Positions 1 to 8,024 of a stretch of DNA of 45,360 bases are shown piece by piece. The stretch is from Bacillota bacterium (GTDB lineage: Bacteria > Bacillota > Clostridia > Christensenellales > CAG-138): positions 1 through 45,360 of the forward strand of contig JAEZGQ010000002.1 in assembly GCA_023416895.1 (NCBI GenBank). The letters are read 5' to 3'. Every line of letters starts with the position of its first letter. The stretch's first letter is position 1. The position numbers and the translations under genes were made by a program. The notes below the pieces were generated by a model. It had not been told where the DNA came from and did no database searches. It saw nothing but the letters and a program-made list of their open reading frames with translations.

Positions 1-944
1 GTATTCGGGTTCACATCGCCGCCCGTGGCAAGGTGCTCGCCGCGCATCAATCCGCACAGCCTTTCGAAATGTTTTTGGTTGATGATCTTTGCATAATTAG
101 GGTTTTCAAGCGGCTTTTCACCGTAAAAGCGCGCAATATAGTGCTTCATCCGCTCGATAAGTGCCTGTTTGACGCTTGCATGTACCAACACATAATCCGG
201 CGCAACGCAAGTTTGGCCGCCGTTTACAAGCTTGCCCCAAATGATGCGCTTTGCCGCGAGGTCGATGTTCGCGGTTTCATCTACCAAGCAGGGGCTTTTG
301 CCGCCGAGCTCCAACGTGAGCGGCGTAAGGTATTCGGCGGCTGCGCGCATCACAACCTTGCCTACTTCATAGCTACCCGTAAAGAAGATGTAGTCGAACT
401 TCTCCTCCAGAAGAAACCTGTTTTCCTCGCGCCCGCCGCGCACCACGGCGACAAACTCCTCTAAAAAGGCATCCGTCAAAATGCGTTCTACGACCGCCGC
501 GCTGTGCGCGGAATACTCCGACGGCTTTACAACCGCACAGTTGCCCGCGGCAATCGCGCCCGCAAGCGGTGCAAGCGCAAGCTGTATGGGGTAGTTCCAC
601 GGCGAAAGAATAAGCGCAATGCCGTAAGGCTCAGGGTAGAGATATGACGTGGTTTTAAAAAACGCCACGGGCGAGGGAACGCGCTTCCTTGCGCAAAGAG
701 CGTTGAGATGCTTCAAAAAGTAGTCGATCTCGTTGAGCACTATGTAAAGCTCCATTGTGAATGCTTCCTGCTTCGGGCGGTTGAGATCGAGCTTAAGAGC
801 GTCGTACAGATCGGCTTCATGGCGCAATATGGAGGCGCGAAGCGAAAGCAATGCGTCTCTTCGCGCCTGCACGCTTAGCGTGCGTCCGCTGTTGAAATAG
901 GCGCGCTGCTTTGCCACGAGTGCGGCAGTTTGCTCTTTGTTCAT
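1..944 (-). CDS. NAD(P)-dependent aldehyde dehydrogenase (class 3 / YwdH-like), 5' part only; C-terminus lies beyond the window edge
   Basis: ATG at 944 (minus) preceded by GAGGGAG. My translation reads MNKEQTAALVAKQRAYFNSGRT... and contains ELGGKSP and GQTCVAPDY (catalytic Cys region). The frame stays open to position 1, which explains why it is missing from the ORF track. The + strand ORF 33..464 is its shadow. Confidence 0.85.
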   Translation of the reverse strand, partial: MNKEQTAALVAKQRAYFNSGRTLSVQARRDALLSLRASILRHEADLYDALKLDLNRPKQEAFTMELYIVLNEIDYFLKHLNALCARKRVPSPVAFFKTTSYLYPEPYGIALILSPWNYPIQLALAPLAGAIAAGNCAVVKPSEYSAHSAAVVERILTDAFLEEFVAVVRGGREENRFLLEEKFDYIFFTGSYEVGKVVMRAAAEYLTPLTLELGGKSPCLVDETANIDLAAKRIIWGKLVNGGQTCVAPDYVLVHASVKQALIERMKHYIARFYGEKPLENPNYAKIINQKHFERLCGLMRGEHLATGGDVNPN

Positions 945-1096
945 AAAAAGCCAAGCTCCCTCTATGCGTATTTTTTACTATTATAACAGATGCTCATTCT
1001 TTGGAACGCGGACTTTTAAAAAATAAAAAAGGCTCGAGCGTGAGCATAGAAAGTACCGCCGCATAGGCGGTGGGTGAGATATGTACAGTTTATGAT

Positions 1097-1282
1097 TTAT
1101 TGTTTCACAAGGTTGTTCACAAAAGCCTGCATTTCCTCCTTTGAGGAAACGCGGCGCGCGCCCTCAATTACGGTGTGTCGGCGCTCGCGCGACATGCTGG
1201 CAAACGTATGCATTGCGTCCAAGTTCATGGCAAGCGCCATGCTGAAGCCAAGCGGAAGTTCTTCCTGAAGCCTTTTCGGCAT
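1097..1282 (-). CDS. small conserved hypothetical protein (61 aa)
   Basis: The ORF is followed by a short hairpin (ACCGCC-GCATA-GGCGGT, about 1053..1072). The LPLGFSMALAMN...SKEEMQAFV pattern resembles small proteins common in Clostridia. No function is recognised. Confidence 0.5.
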   Translation of the reverse strand: MPKRLQEELPLGFSMALAMNLDAMHTFASMSRERRHTVIEGARRVSSKEEMQAFVNNLVKQ

Positions 1283-1535
1283 AAAATCACCTCATGCCTA
1301 GCGTGCGCAAAAGAGGCAGGCTTCATTCGGGAAAACATCGATTTTCAAAGATGTTTTTACGCATCAGAACTGTCGTTGCTTCAAAACGTGGTGCTAAAAA
1401 GCGAATGCCGTCACTTTTTACACTTTGCTCACATAAAAGAAACGACAAAAACAATTTTATAAAATATAATTATATAAAATCAATAAATAACGCCATAGGC
1501 GAAAGAATAATGGATATTTCTTAGGAGGTTTTTCT

Positions 1536-2111
1536 ATGTTGAATATCGGCATCATCATTGGCAGTACAAGGCCGGGCCGTAAGGCACAAGTAGTTGCAAA
1601 GTGGGTTTACGAGATCGCGAAAAAGCGTTCGAATGTTCGTTTTGAGCTTGTTGACATCAAGGATTATAACCTGCCCCTTTTAGATGAACCCTTACCCGCA
1701 TCCGCGGGGGAATATCAAAACGAGCACACCAAAGTATGGTCGAAAAAAATCGGCTCATTCGACGGCTTTGTTTTCGTAACGCCCGAGTACAACCACACCA
1801 TCCCCGCCGCTCTCAAAAACGCCATCGATTATCTTTATGCGGAATGGAACGATAAGGCTGTGGGGTTTGTGAGCTACGGCGCTGCAAGCGGCATTCGCTC
1901 GGTGGAGCATTTGCGTCAGATCTCGGGTTTTCTGCGGCTTGCCGATGTACAGTCTCAGGTTGGGTTTTCGCTGTTTACCGATTTTGAGAACATGAGCGAA
2001 TTTAAACCCCATCCCCGTCATGAAAAAGAAACCGAGGAGATGCTCGATGATGTAATCGAATGGAGCGGCGCACTCAAGGCCATGCGCGAGGCGCAATCCT
2101 CCGTAAAGTAA
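1536..2111 (+). CDS. NAD(P)H-dependent FMN reductase family oxidoreductase
   Basis: GGAGG RBS 7 nt upstream of the ATG. Motifs are IIGSTRPGR and FVTPEYNHTIPAALKNAIDYL, typical of the FMN_red family. Confidence 0.85.
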   Translation: MLNIGIIIGSTRPGRKAQVVAKWVYEIAKKRSNVRFELVDIKDYNLPLLDEPLPASAGEYQNEHTKVWSKKIGSFDGFVFVTPEYNHTIPAALKNAIDYLYAEWNDKAVGFVSYGAASGIRSVEHLRQISGFLRLADVQSQVGFSLFTDFENMSEFKPHPRHEKETEEMLDDVIEWSGALKAMREAQSSVK

Positions 2112-2145
2112 AAAGCAATCGGCTCCCGCCGATGGAGCAAAACAT

Positions 2146-2181
2146 AAGGGCGTTGCAGGAAGTACTGCATCGCCCTTTTTC
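2146..2181 (+). terminator. intrinsic terminator after the FMN reductase gene
   Basis: AAGGGCGTTGCAG-loop-CTGCATCGCCCTT hairpin followed by a T run. Confidence 0.6.
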
Positions 2182-2193
2182 TTGGCTTTTGTT

Positions 2194-3279
2194 CTATTTG
2201 ATTTTTACAAGCTCATATGCCTGCGTGCCAAGGCCGTATTCCTCAAGCGCACGAATTTGAATGAAGGGATCCTTGCCGTGGATGCGCTCAAAAAGGTGGC
2301 CGGTTTCGCCGAGTTCGTGTCCTTCAGGCAGACCTGCGGAAATGAGGTCTTCCACCTTGATGGCATCGAGGCATGCGCGCTCAATCGCGACAATGTCGTC
2401 GGATGCCATGATGCCGATGTCCGGCACAAGAGCGGGGGTGGTCATGCCCCAGCAATCGCATAAAATGGTGATTTGCGTGAGCACGTTGATAAAAAAGGTG
2501 TGGCCGGGCTTAAAGGTATCGAGCACCGTTTTGGTGCAAAGCGCCATACCCTGTTGGAATGCGTCAAAATTGTTGTCGTCGAGCGTGATGGCGTTCGTGG
2601 GGCAAACCTTTACGCAATGCTGGCAAAGCGTGCAGTCGTGGTAAAAGACATTGTACTTACCCTCTTTGGTAAAACGGTTGGCGTTGTGGTTGCAGGCTTT
2701 GATGCAGCGTTGACAGTGGGTGCAGAGCTCCTCGTTCCAGGAAAGGCCGCCCTCAAGGCGGTGCAGTTCGCGCCTTGTACGCGTGGTAACGCAGCCCATG
2801 GCGATGTTTTTGCACGCGCCGCCATAACCGCACGCGCCGTGGCCTTTGACATGCGAAAAATCGATGAGCACGTCCGCGTCGTTGATGTAACCCGCAACGT
2901 CCACATGCGTGAACGAGCGGAGCGATACCTTTTTGGGGTAATAGTATTTGTCGAGGTGGCCGCATACGTCAAGCACCGGGCAGCCGAGAATGCTTTCCAC
3001 ATACCCGCGGTTTTCGGGGTGGCGTTCCTTCACTGCGTGGTCGCAAACAAAACAATCGCCGCCATGCTCCTTCACAAAGCTCACCAAGATGCGCACGAAC
3101 ACAGGCGGGATGGTGCTGTAGGAGAGGTTGTCGCCAAAGTGCATTTTAATTGCCACGGATTTGCCGTTTACCATATCGGCAAGACTGCTTTTCTCGAGCA
3201 GGCGCTTGAACTTTGCGGGGAGCGTTTGGTTGGAATCGTAACGGGAAAAGCCAAGTGGCGCAAACAATACCTTCGACAT
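2194..3279 (-). CDS. DUF362 domain protein with 4Fe-4S dicluster ferredoxin insert
   Basis: 361 aa ORF with an ACGAGGT RBS. Two CxxCxxCxxxC(P/N) motifs are present (CTHCQRCIKACN, CTLCQHCVKVCP), embedded in a DUF362-like fold (VAIKMHFGD..., SHVKGHG). Confidence 0.7.
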   Translation of the reverse strand: MSKVLFAPLGFSRYDSNQTLPAKFKRLLEKSSLADMVNGKSVAIKMHFGDNLSYSTIPPVFVRILVSFVKEHGGDCFVCDHAVKERHPENRGYVESILGCPVLDVCGHLDKYYYPKKVSLRSFTHVDVAGYINDADVLIDFSHVKGHGACGYGGACKNIAMGCVTTRTRRELHRLEGGLSWNEELCTHCQRCIKACNHNANRFTKEGKYNVFYHDCTLCQHCVKVCPTNAITLDDNNFDAFQQGMALCTKTVLDTFKPGHTFFINVLTQITILCDCWGMTTPALVPDIGIMASDDIVAIERACLDAIKVEDLISAGLPEGHELGETGHLFERIHGKDPFIQIRALEEYGLGTQAYELVKIK

Positions 3280-3423
3280 GCGATCATACCTCGTTTTCTA
3301 TTGTGCCCGGGGTATACAGAAAAGATGGTGAAGTGCCCGGGACTTTTGTTATCATACCACTTCCGCAAGGCGCGGACAAGTGCGCGCGCCATGCCGAAAA
3401 AAAGCTTTACATCGGTATGCGGT

Positions 3424-4053
3424 TTACAAGCAGCGGATACGAACTTCCACCACGCGGCCGATGATCTCTGCGTCGCCCCCGCTTACGAGCATGGGTTCGT
3501 AGCGTGTGTTCGCAGGAATGAGCAATAGCCCGTTTTGCACGCGCTTCACCTTGCGCAAAAGAACCTCGTCCCCCAGCCGAACCACCGCAATGCGCCCATT
3601 TTCAACCGTGGGCTGCATGCGAACGAGCACCAGCGCCCCTTCGGGGATAAACTCACCGATCATGCAGTCGCCTTCTACTTCCATATAAAAGTATTCACCA
3701 GCCGTAACGTCGGCCGCGGGCACGGAAACGTACTCGGTAATGTTTTCATCCGCAAGAATGGGAAGCCCCGCGTGTACGCGCCCCACAAGCGGCACGCCCA
3801 CCGTATCTGTCACCGGAAGAAACGAGGAGGAAACCGTTTTTTGCGGCTTAAAAAGAGGGAGCACACAGTCGCGCCCCATTAAATAGTCAGCCGATACGCC
3901 AAAAAAGTCACACAGGCGCATCAAGGTGTCCGGCGGTATGGCAACGCGTCCGGTTTCATACTTGCAGATGGCCGCTTTTTGCACGCCGAGCTCACGCCCG
4001 AGCTCATCCTGCGTGATACCTTGCTCCACGCGTATTTCGCGCAAACGGTTCAT
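3424..4053 (-). CDS. XRE-family HTH + peptidase S24 (LexA/CI-like) repressor; nucleophile position is Cys (GDCM)
   Basis: Start chosen at MNRLREI (ATG 4053) with an AAGGAG RBS. The 289 aa track ORF is an N-terminal over-extension. The HTH_3 region reads GITQDELGRELGVQKAAICKYETG. A LexA-like linker (VGRVHAGLPI, Ala-Gly) is present. The S24 core reads EVEGDCMIGEFIPEGALVLV ... LLRKVKR. Confidence 0.85.
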   Translation of the reverse strand: MNRLREIRVEQGITQDELGRELGVQKAAICKYETGRVAIPPDTLMRLCDFFGVSADYLMGRDCVLPLFKPQKTVSSSFLPVTDTVGVPLVGRVHAGLPILADENITEYVSVPAADVTAGEYFYMEVEGDCMIGEFIPEGALVLVRMQPTVENGRIAVVRLGDEVLLRKVKRVQNGLLLIPANTRYEPMLVSGGDAEIIGRVVEVRIRCL

Positions 4054-4164
4054 GGAATTCTCCTTTGCTGATTGCTTATTAAATAAGAAATAGATCTTGC
4101 TGTTTATTGTATCGCAAAAGGAAACCGGATTCAACAAAAATTTCCTATGGTACCGAAAATGGTA

Positions 4165-4193
4165 TTGACAGTATCCTAAACGGATACTATAAT
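4165..4193 (+). promoter_or_regulatory. consensus sigma-A promoter (TTGACA-17-TATAAT) whose spacer is filled by the palindrome AGTATCC-N5-GGATACT
   Basis: TTGACA at 4165..4170, TATAAT at 4188..4193, dyad at 4170..4188. A second copy of AAACGGATAC lies at about 4268..4277 near the RBS of the small ORF. Confidence 0.6.
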
Positions 4194-4292
4194 GAAGCCA
4201 CCTTAAGAAAAAATGCAGAGTTTCTCGAAGATTCCGCAAATGTACAGCGAGAAACTGAGGTTTCCAAAACGGATACAAAAGAGGTGCATACA

Positions 4293-4487
4293 ATGAATTA
4301 CTTCGGTTTGTTTTTTAGCTTTATGCTTCCGGGCATTTTAATAGGCGCAATGGCCGTCAGCGTTATGCGTCAGGAGATCGTCCGCCGCAAACGCCGTGAG
4401 GTGCGTGAGGAGCGGGAGCGCCAGCGCAAAAACGCGCGCAGGCTCTATGTGCATTCCTTGGGTACGATCGGCGACCAAGCCGCTTAA
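4293..4487 (+). CDS. 64 aa single-pass membrane protein with a highly basic/acidic RRKRREVREERERQRK tail
   Basis: ATG at 4293 is preceded by AGAGGTG. The hydrophobic N-terminus is FGLFFSFMLPGILIGAMAVSV. The gene is transcribed divergently from the LexA-like gene. The upstream part of track ORF 4107..4487 covers the promoter itself. Confidence 0.55.
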   Translation: MNYFGLFFSFMLPGILIGAMAVSVMRQEIVRRKRREVREERERQRKNARRLYVHSLGTIGDQAA

Positions 4488-4607
4488 CATCAGTTTTTGT
4501 GCGTTGTGCGGAACCTTTCCTCCCCGCGTACGCACGCAAAGTACGCTTTCGCGCAAGGAGCGGGCGGCAAAAAGCCGCAGGTTTCTTCATAGGGGCGTCA
4601 TTGGGTC

Positions 4608-4636
4608 AAAAAAGGCGTCTGCGGCGCCTTTTTTTG
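4608..4636 (+). terminator. intrinsic terminator after the small membrane protein gene
   Basis: AAGGCG-TCTGCGG-CGCCTT followed by T7. Confidence 0.6.
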
Positions 4637-4760
4637 CCCTTTTGGGAACCATAAAATCGCATCCTTTTAGTGCACCTAAGCGTCAATCGCACGCCGCACG
4701 GGTGTTTTTGAAGGAAGGCACACTCCGGCGCGGTATGCGCGCCGTTTCGAAAGGGTGAAC

Positions 4761-6077
4761 ATGGACGCTTACGAGAAGCTGAAAATTCTCACGGACGCCG
4801 CAAAATATGATGTTGCCTGTACCTCCAGCGGAACCGACAGGCAGGCACCGCTCGACGGCATAGGCAACGCATCGGCCGCGGGCTGCTGTCATAGCTTTGC
4901 GGGGGATGGGCGCTGCATCTCTCTTTTGAAGGTGCTCATGACAAACGCTTGCTCCTACGACTGCGCGTACTGTGTGAACCGCCGCACCAACGACACGCCG
5001 CGCGCCACCTTCGAGCCGCGCGAACTTGCGGAGCTTACCATTGCGTTCTACCGCAGAAACTACATCGAAGGGCTTTTTCTAAGCTCCGGTGTACTCAAAA
5101 ACCCAAATTATACGGTGGAACGGATGTGTGAAACGCTACGCATCCTCCGCGAGGAATATAAGTTTTACGGCTACATTCATGCCAAGGCAATTCCTGGGGC
5201 TGACAACGCGCTTTTGACGCGGCTTGGTTTTTTAGCGGATCGGTTGAGCATCAACATCGAGCTGCCGTCGCAGGAAAGCTTAAAGCTTCTCGCGCCCGAC
5301 AAATCCAAGCAGGCAATCCTCGCTCCCATGGGCTTCATCAAAAGCGGTATTGAAAGCAATTCCAAGGAACTTACGCGCTATAAGCATGCAGAAAAGTTCG
5401 CACCCGCTGGGCAGAGCACGCAGATGATCGTCGGCGCGTCGGGCGAAAGCGACCTTCAAATTTTAAATCTCACCGAAGGGCTTTACCGCTCTTATCGGCT
5501 CAAGCGCGTATTCTTTTCCGCCTATATGCCGGTTGTAGAACATTCACTTCTCCCGACGCCTGATGTAAAGCCACCGCTCTTACGGGAGCATCGCCTTTAT
5601 CAGGCGGATTGGCTGCTGCGCTTTTATGGTTTTACGGCCTCCGAAATTCTCGACGAAGCACATCCGAGTTTCAACCAGTATCTCGACCCGAAATGCAACT
5701 GGGCCATCAACCATCCCGAGCGCTTTCCCGTGGAGGTCAATCGAGCGCCGTTTGAAGCGCTTTTAAGGGTGCCGGGCATCGGAGTAAGGAGCGCACAGCG
5801 CATCGTTACCGCGAGAAAGGCGGGGAAGCTTGATTTTTTGGCACTGAAGCGATTGGGTGTGGTGCTTAAGCGCGCACAGTATTTCATTACCTGCTCGGGA
5901 AAGCTTGCTGATGGGTTCGACACCGCACAGGATGCACTTTTGCGGGCGCTCGTTTCCGAACAGGCGAAGGGGCGCGGCGATGAGGCACTTTTGATGCGGC
6001 CAGAGCAGCTTTCGCTTTTGGAGCATCCGGCGCTTAGGAGGGAGGAGCTTTACAAATGTTTGAGCGGGGAGATGTAG
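4761..6077 (+). CDS. putative DNA modification/repair radical SAM protein (TIGR03916-like)
   Basis: Radical SAM CX3CX2C motif (CSYDCAYC), the AKYDVACTSSG N-terminus typical of this family, and a C-terminal helix-hairpin-helix (LLRVPGIGVRSAQRIV). ATG 4761 is preferred over GTG 4755 because GAAAGGG lies 6 nt upstream. Confidence 0.8.
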   Translation: MDAYEKLKILTDAAKYDVACTSSGTDRQAPLDGIGNASAAGCCHSFAGDGRCISLLKVLMTNACSYDCAYCVNRRTNDTPRATFEPRELAELTIAFYRRNYIEGLFLSSGVLKNPNYTVERMCETLRILREEYKFYGYIHAKAIPGADNALLTRLGFLADRLSINIELPSQESLKLLAPDKSKQAILAPMGFIKSGIESNSKELTRYKHAEKFAPAGQSTQMIVGASGESDLQILNLTEGLYRSYRLKRVFFSAYMPVVEHSLLPTPDVKPPLLREHRLYQADWLLRFYGFTASEILDEAHPSFNQYLDPKCNWAINHPERFPVEVNRAPFEALLRVPGIGVRSAQRIVTARKAGKLDFLALKRLGVVLKRAQYFITCSGKLADGFDTAQDALLRALVSEQAKGRGDEALLMRPEQLSLLEHPALRREELYKCLSGEM

Positions 6078-6889
6078 TGTATTGCTACGACGGCAGCTTT
6101 GAAGGCCTTCTTTGCTGCGTGTTCGAAAGTTACGCACAAAAGGAGCTGCCGCTTGACGTGACCTCCTTGGAAGATGGTGCGCCGCTTCTTTTGCCGGTTC
6201 GCATTGTGGAAACCGACGAGGAACGCGCAAGGCGCGTACTAATTTCCATTCCGCAGAAAATCTGCCCGGAGGCACTCTCGCTTGTTAAGCGGGGTTTTTT
6301 GACCTGTCATCCCAAAAAGGAACGGCTTATTTTAAACTTTTTGCGTTTGGGTTTTGCGACGGGCGCAAAGGTAATTCAAATGCTTGCCGACGAAACCGTG
6401 CATGAGCTCAACAAGGCGGTGCAGCATTTGGGCGGCGAGGCGCATCTTTACACGGGATTTGTGCGTTTTAGCGAGGCAAACGGCGCATTGAGTGCGCAAA
6501 TCGAGCCGAAAAACTTTGTGCTACCGCTGATTGCACCGCATTTTGCAGCGCGGCTGCCGCGCGAAAACTTTCTCATTCACGACAAAACACATAAGATGGC
6601 GCTTATCCACAAACCCGGCGTGATGGGTATTGTTCCGGCGGAGGAATATGTAATGCCGCGGCCCGGGCAGGAGGAGCTTCGCTTTCGCGCGCTGTGGCGC
6701 CTGTTTTACGATACCATCGAGGTGGAAGGGCGGCATAACCCGCGCACGCGCATGGGACATATGCCAAAAAGGTACTGGCGCTGCATGACGGAATTTGCAA
6801 GAAACGACGGAGCGCTTTGCGATGAAAGCGCACTTTTGCAAACGGCGAAGCCCGCCGCTCTAATGCCGCCGGAGCACGTGGAACCATAA
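6056..6889 (+). CDS. TIGR03915/DUF4130 family putative DNA metabolism protein, the usual partner of the radical SAM protein
   Basis: The start overlaps the upstream gene by 22 nt. The N-terminus VYCYDGSFEGLLCCVFESY is characteristic of the family. No fused UDG domain is present. Confidence 0.7.
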   Translation: MFERGDVVYCYDGSFEGLLCCVFESYAQKELPLDVTSLEDGAPLLLPVRIVETDEERARRVLISIPQKICPEALSLVKRGFLTCHPKKERLILNFLRLGFATGAKVIQMLADETVHELNKAVQHLGGEAHLYTGFVRFSEANGALSAQIEPKNFVLPLIAPHFAARLPRENFLIHDKTHKMALIHKPGVMGIVPAEEYVMPRPGQEELRFRALWRLFYDTIEVEGRHNPRTRMGHMPKRYWRCMTEFARNDGALCDESALLQTAKPAALMPPEHVEP

Positions 6890-6920
6890 GGCGAGGGGTT
6901 AACTTCCATAGCGCGCCAAC

Positions 6921-6958
6921 CCGAACACGCCCAAACAGCATAGCTTCGCCGTGTTCGG
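6921..6958 (+). terminator. possible terminator hairpin after the repair gene pair
   Basis: CCGAACACG ... CGTGTTCGG with a long loop, followed by a T-rich stretch. Confidence 0.4.
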
Positions 6959-7082
6959 ATTGATTTATTATGTTTAGGGAGGAGATGTTTGAGCTGCCTA
7001 ACATTGCGCGCGTGCAGCGCGTATGGTAAACTCTGCTTAAAAATCAGGCTTAAGGGCGGTTTTGGCCAGAGGAGGATTTGCC

Positions 7083-7835
7083 GTGAAACATACAGCGAAG
7101 CACAAACGAATCATCCTTTCCCTCGTTGCGGTGCTCGCGGTTTGCTGCGGTGTACTTTTTCCCACTGTGGCATCCGCCAATTCGGCGGAACCACCGGCCA
7201 TTATCGTGATTGTAAACAACGCGCCTGCCGACCTTGCGATTGAAGCCGAACTGAACGGTGCGTTTGTCCCCATGCAAAAAAGCACGGCAGGCTGGGAGAG
7301 TTACTACAAACTCCATTATTTTGATTATCCTTCCACCGCGGGTCATGGAGATCGCCCCACGGCGCTTCGTGTTACCCGAAACGGGGAAGCGCAAATCATT
7401 TCACTTCCGGCCGAGCTTTTGTATTACAATAACGTATTTACACTTGATTTTTCGAGCATGACGTTGTGCGAGGGGGTATTGCTGCTAAGGTCCGTGCTGC
7501 TCGTCGCGCTGCGTGTCGTTCTCACGCTGGCGCTTGAAGGTTTTGTGTTTTACTTGTTCCGCTTCCGCGATAAACGAAGCTGGGTGACGTTTTTTGTTAT
7601 CAATCTGATCACACAAGGATTTTTAAACACAGTGTTATCCGGCGGCTCAATCAACGGCGGTTTTTTGCTGCTTTCGCTCATTCTTCTTGAGATTCTTGTT
7701 GTGATCGTTGAGATTCCTGCATTCCTTATCGCGCTAAAGGAGGGCAAGTGGTGGAAACGGCTGCTGTATGTGGTTAGCGCAAACCTCTTGAGCTTGCTCC
7801 TGGGCGGCATACTTTTATCATATCTGCCCGTTTAG
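7083..7835 (+). CDS. hypothetical membrane protein (signal/anchor, ~110 aa external domain, C-terminal multi-TM block)
   Basis: GTG 7083 lies 6 nt after AGAGGAGGA. The sequence reads KRIILSLVAVLAVCCGVLFP...ASA, followed by 4-5 hydrophobic helices. No family is recognised. Confidence 0.55.
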   Translation: MKHTAKHKRIILSLVAVLAVCCGVLFPTVASANSAEPPAIIVIVNNAPADLAIEAELNGAFVPMQKSTAGWESYYKLHYFDYPSTAGHGDRPTALRVTRNGEAQIISLPAELLYYNNVFTLDFSSMTLCEGVLLLRSVLLVALRVVLTLALEGFVFYLFRFRDKRSWVTFFVINLITQGFLNTVLSGGSINGGFLLLSLILLEILVVIVEIPAFLIALKEGKWWKRLLYVVSANLLSLLLGGILLSYLPV

Positions 7836-8024
7836 AATGAAAAATGCATTTTGAACTATAGAGATATTGCACAATTTAAAAGGAAGAATTATACTTATAA
7901 ATAAGTATAAAAATGGCAAAAAATGACAATTTCCGTAACGCATACTTCAGCCTTGATCGTACTTGATTTGCGACGCAGGGGAGCATAGGGTTATGCGTAA
8001 GCGGTATTGCCGGAGGGTGGGCAA

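Noticed and set aside
33-600. Track ORFs 33..464 (+) and 373..600 (-) at the left edge
   Set aside because: They overlap a much better minus-strand frame (1..944) encoding a recognisable aldehyde dehydrogenase that runs off the window. Their translations have no recognisable motifs.
2473-3528. 351 aa + strand ORF antisense to the DUF362 gene
   Set aside because: It is an Ala/Val/Gly/Arg-rich shadow ORF typical of GC-rich third positions on the opposite strand. It has no RBS and no motifs, while the minus-strand product has clear Fe-S and DUF362 signatures.
3424-4293. Full 289 aa version of the LexA-like ORF
   Set aside because: The first 80 codons run through the divergent promoter region, give an implausible aromatic-rich peptide, and lack an RBS. 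ATG 4053 has AAGGAG and starts exactly at the HTH domain.
3424-7835. Considered whether the XRE-S24 repressor marks a prophage or mobile island
   Set aside because: No integrase, Cro/antirepressor, terminase, capsid or tail-like genes were found. No flanking direct repeats or tRNA gene are present. The neighbours are housekeeping-type genes.
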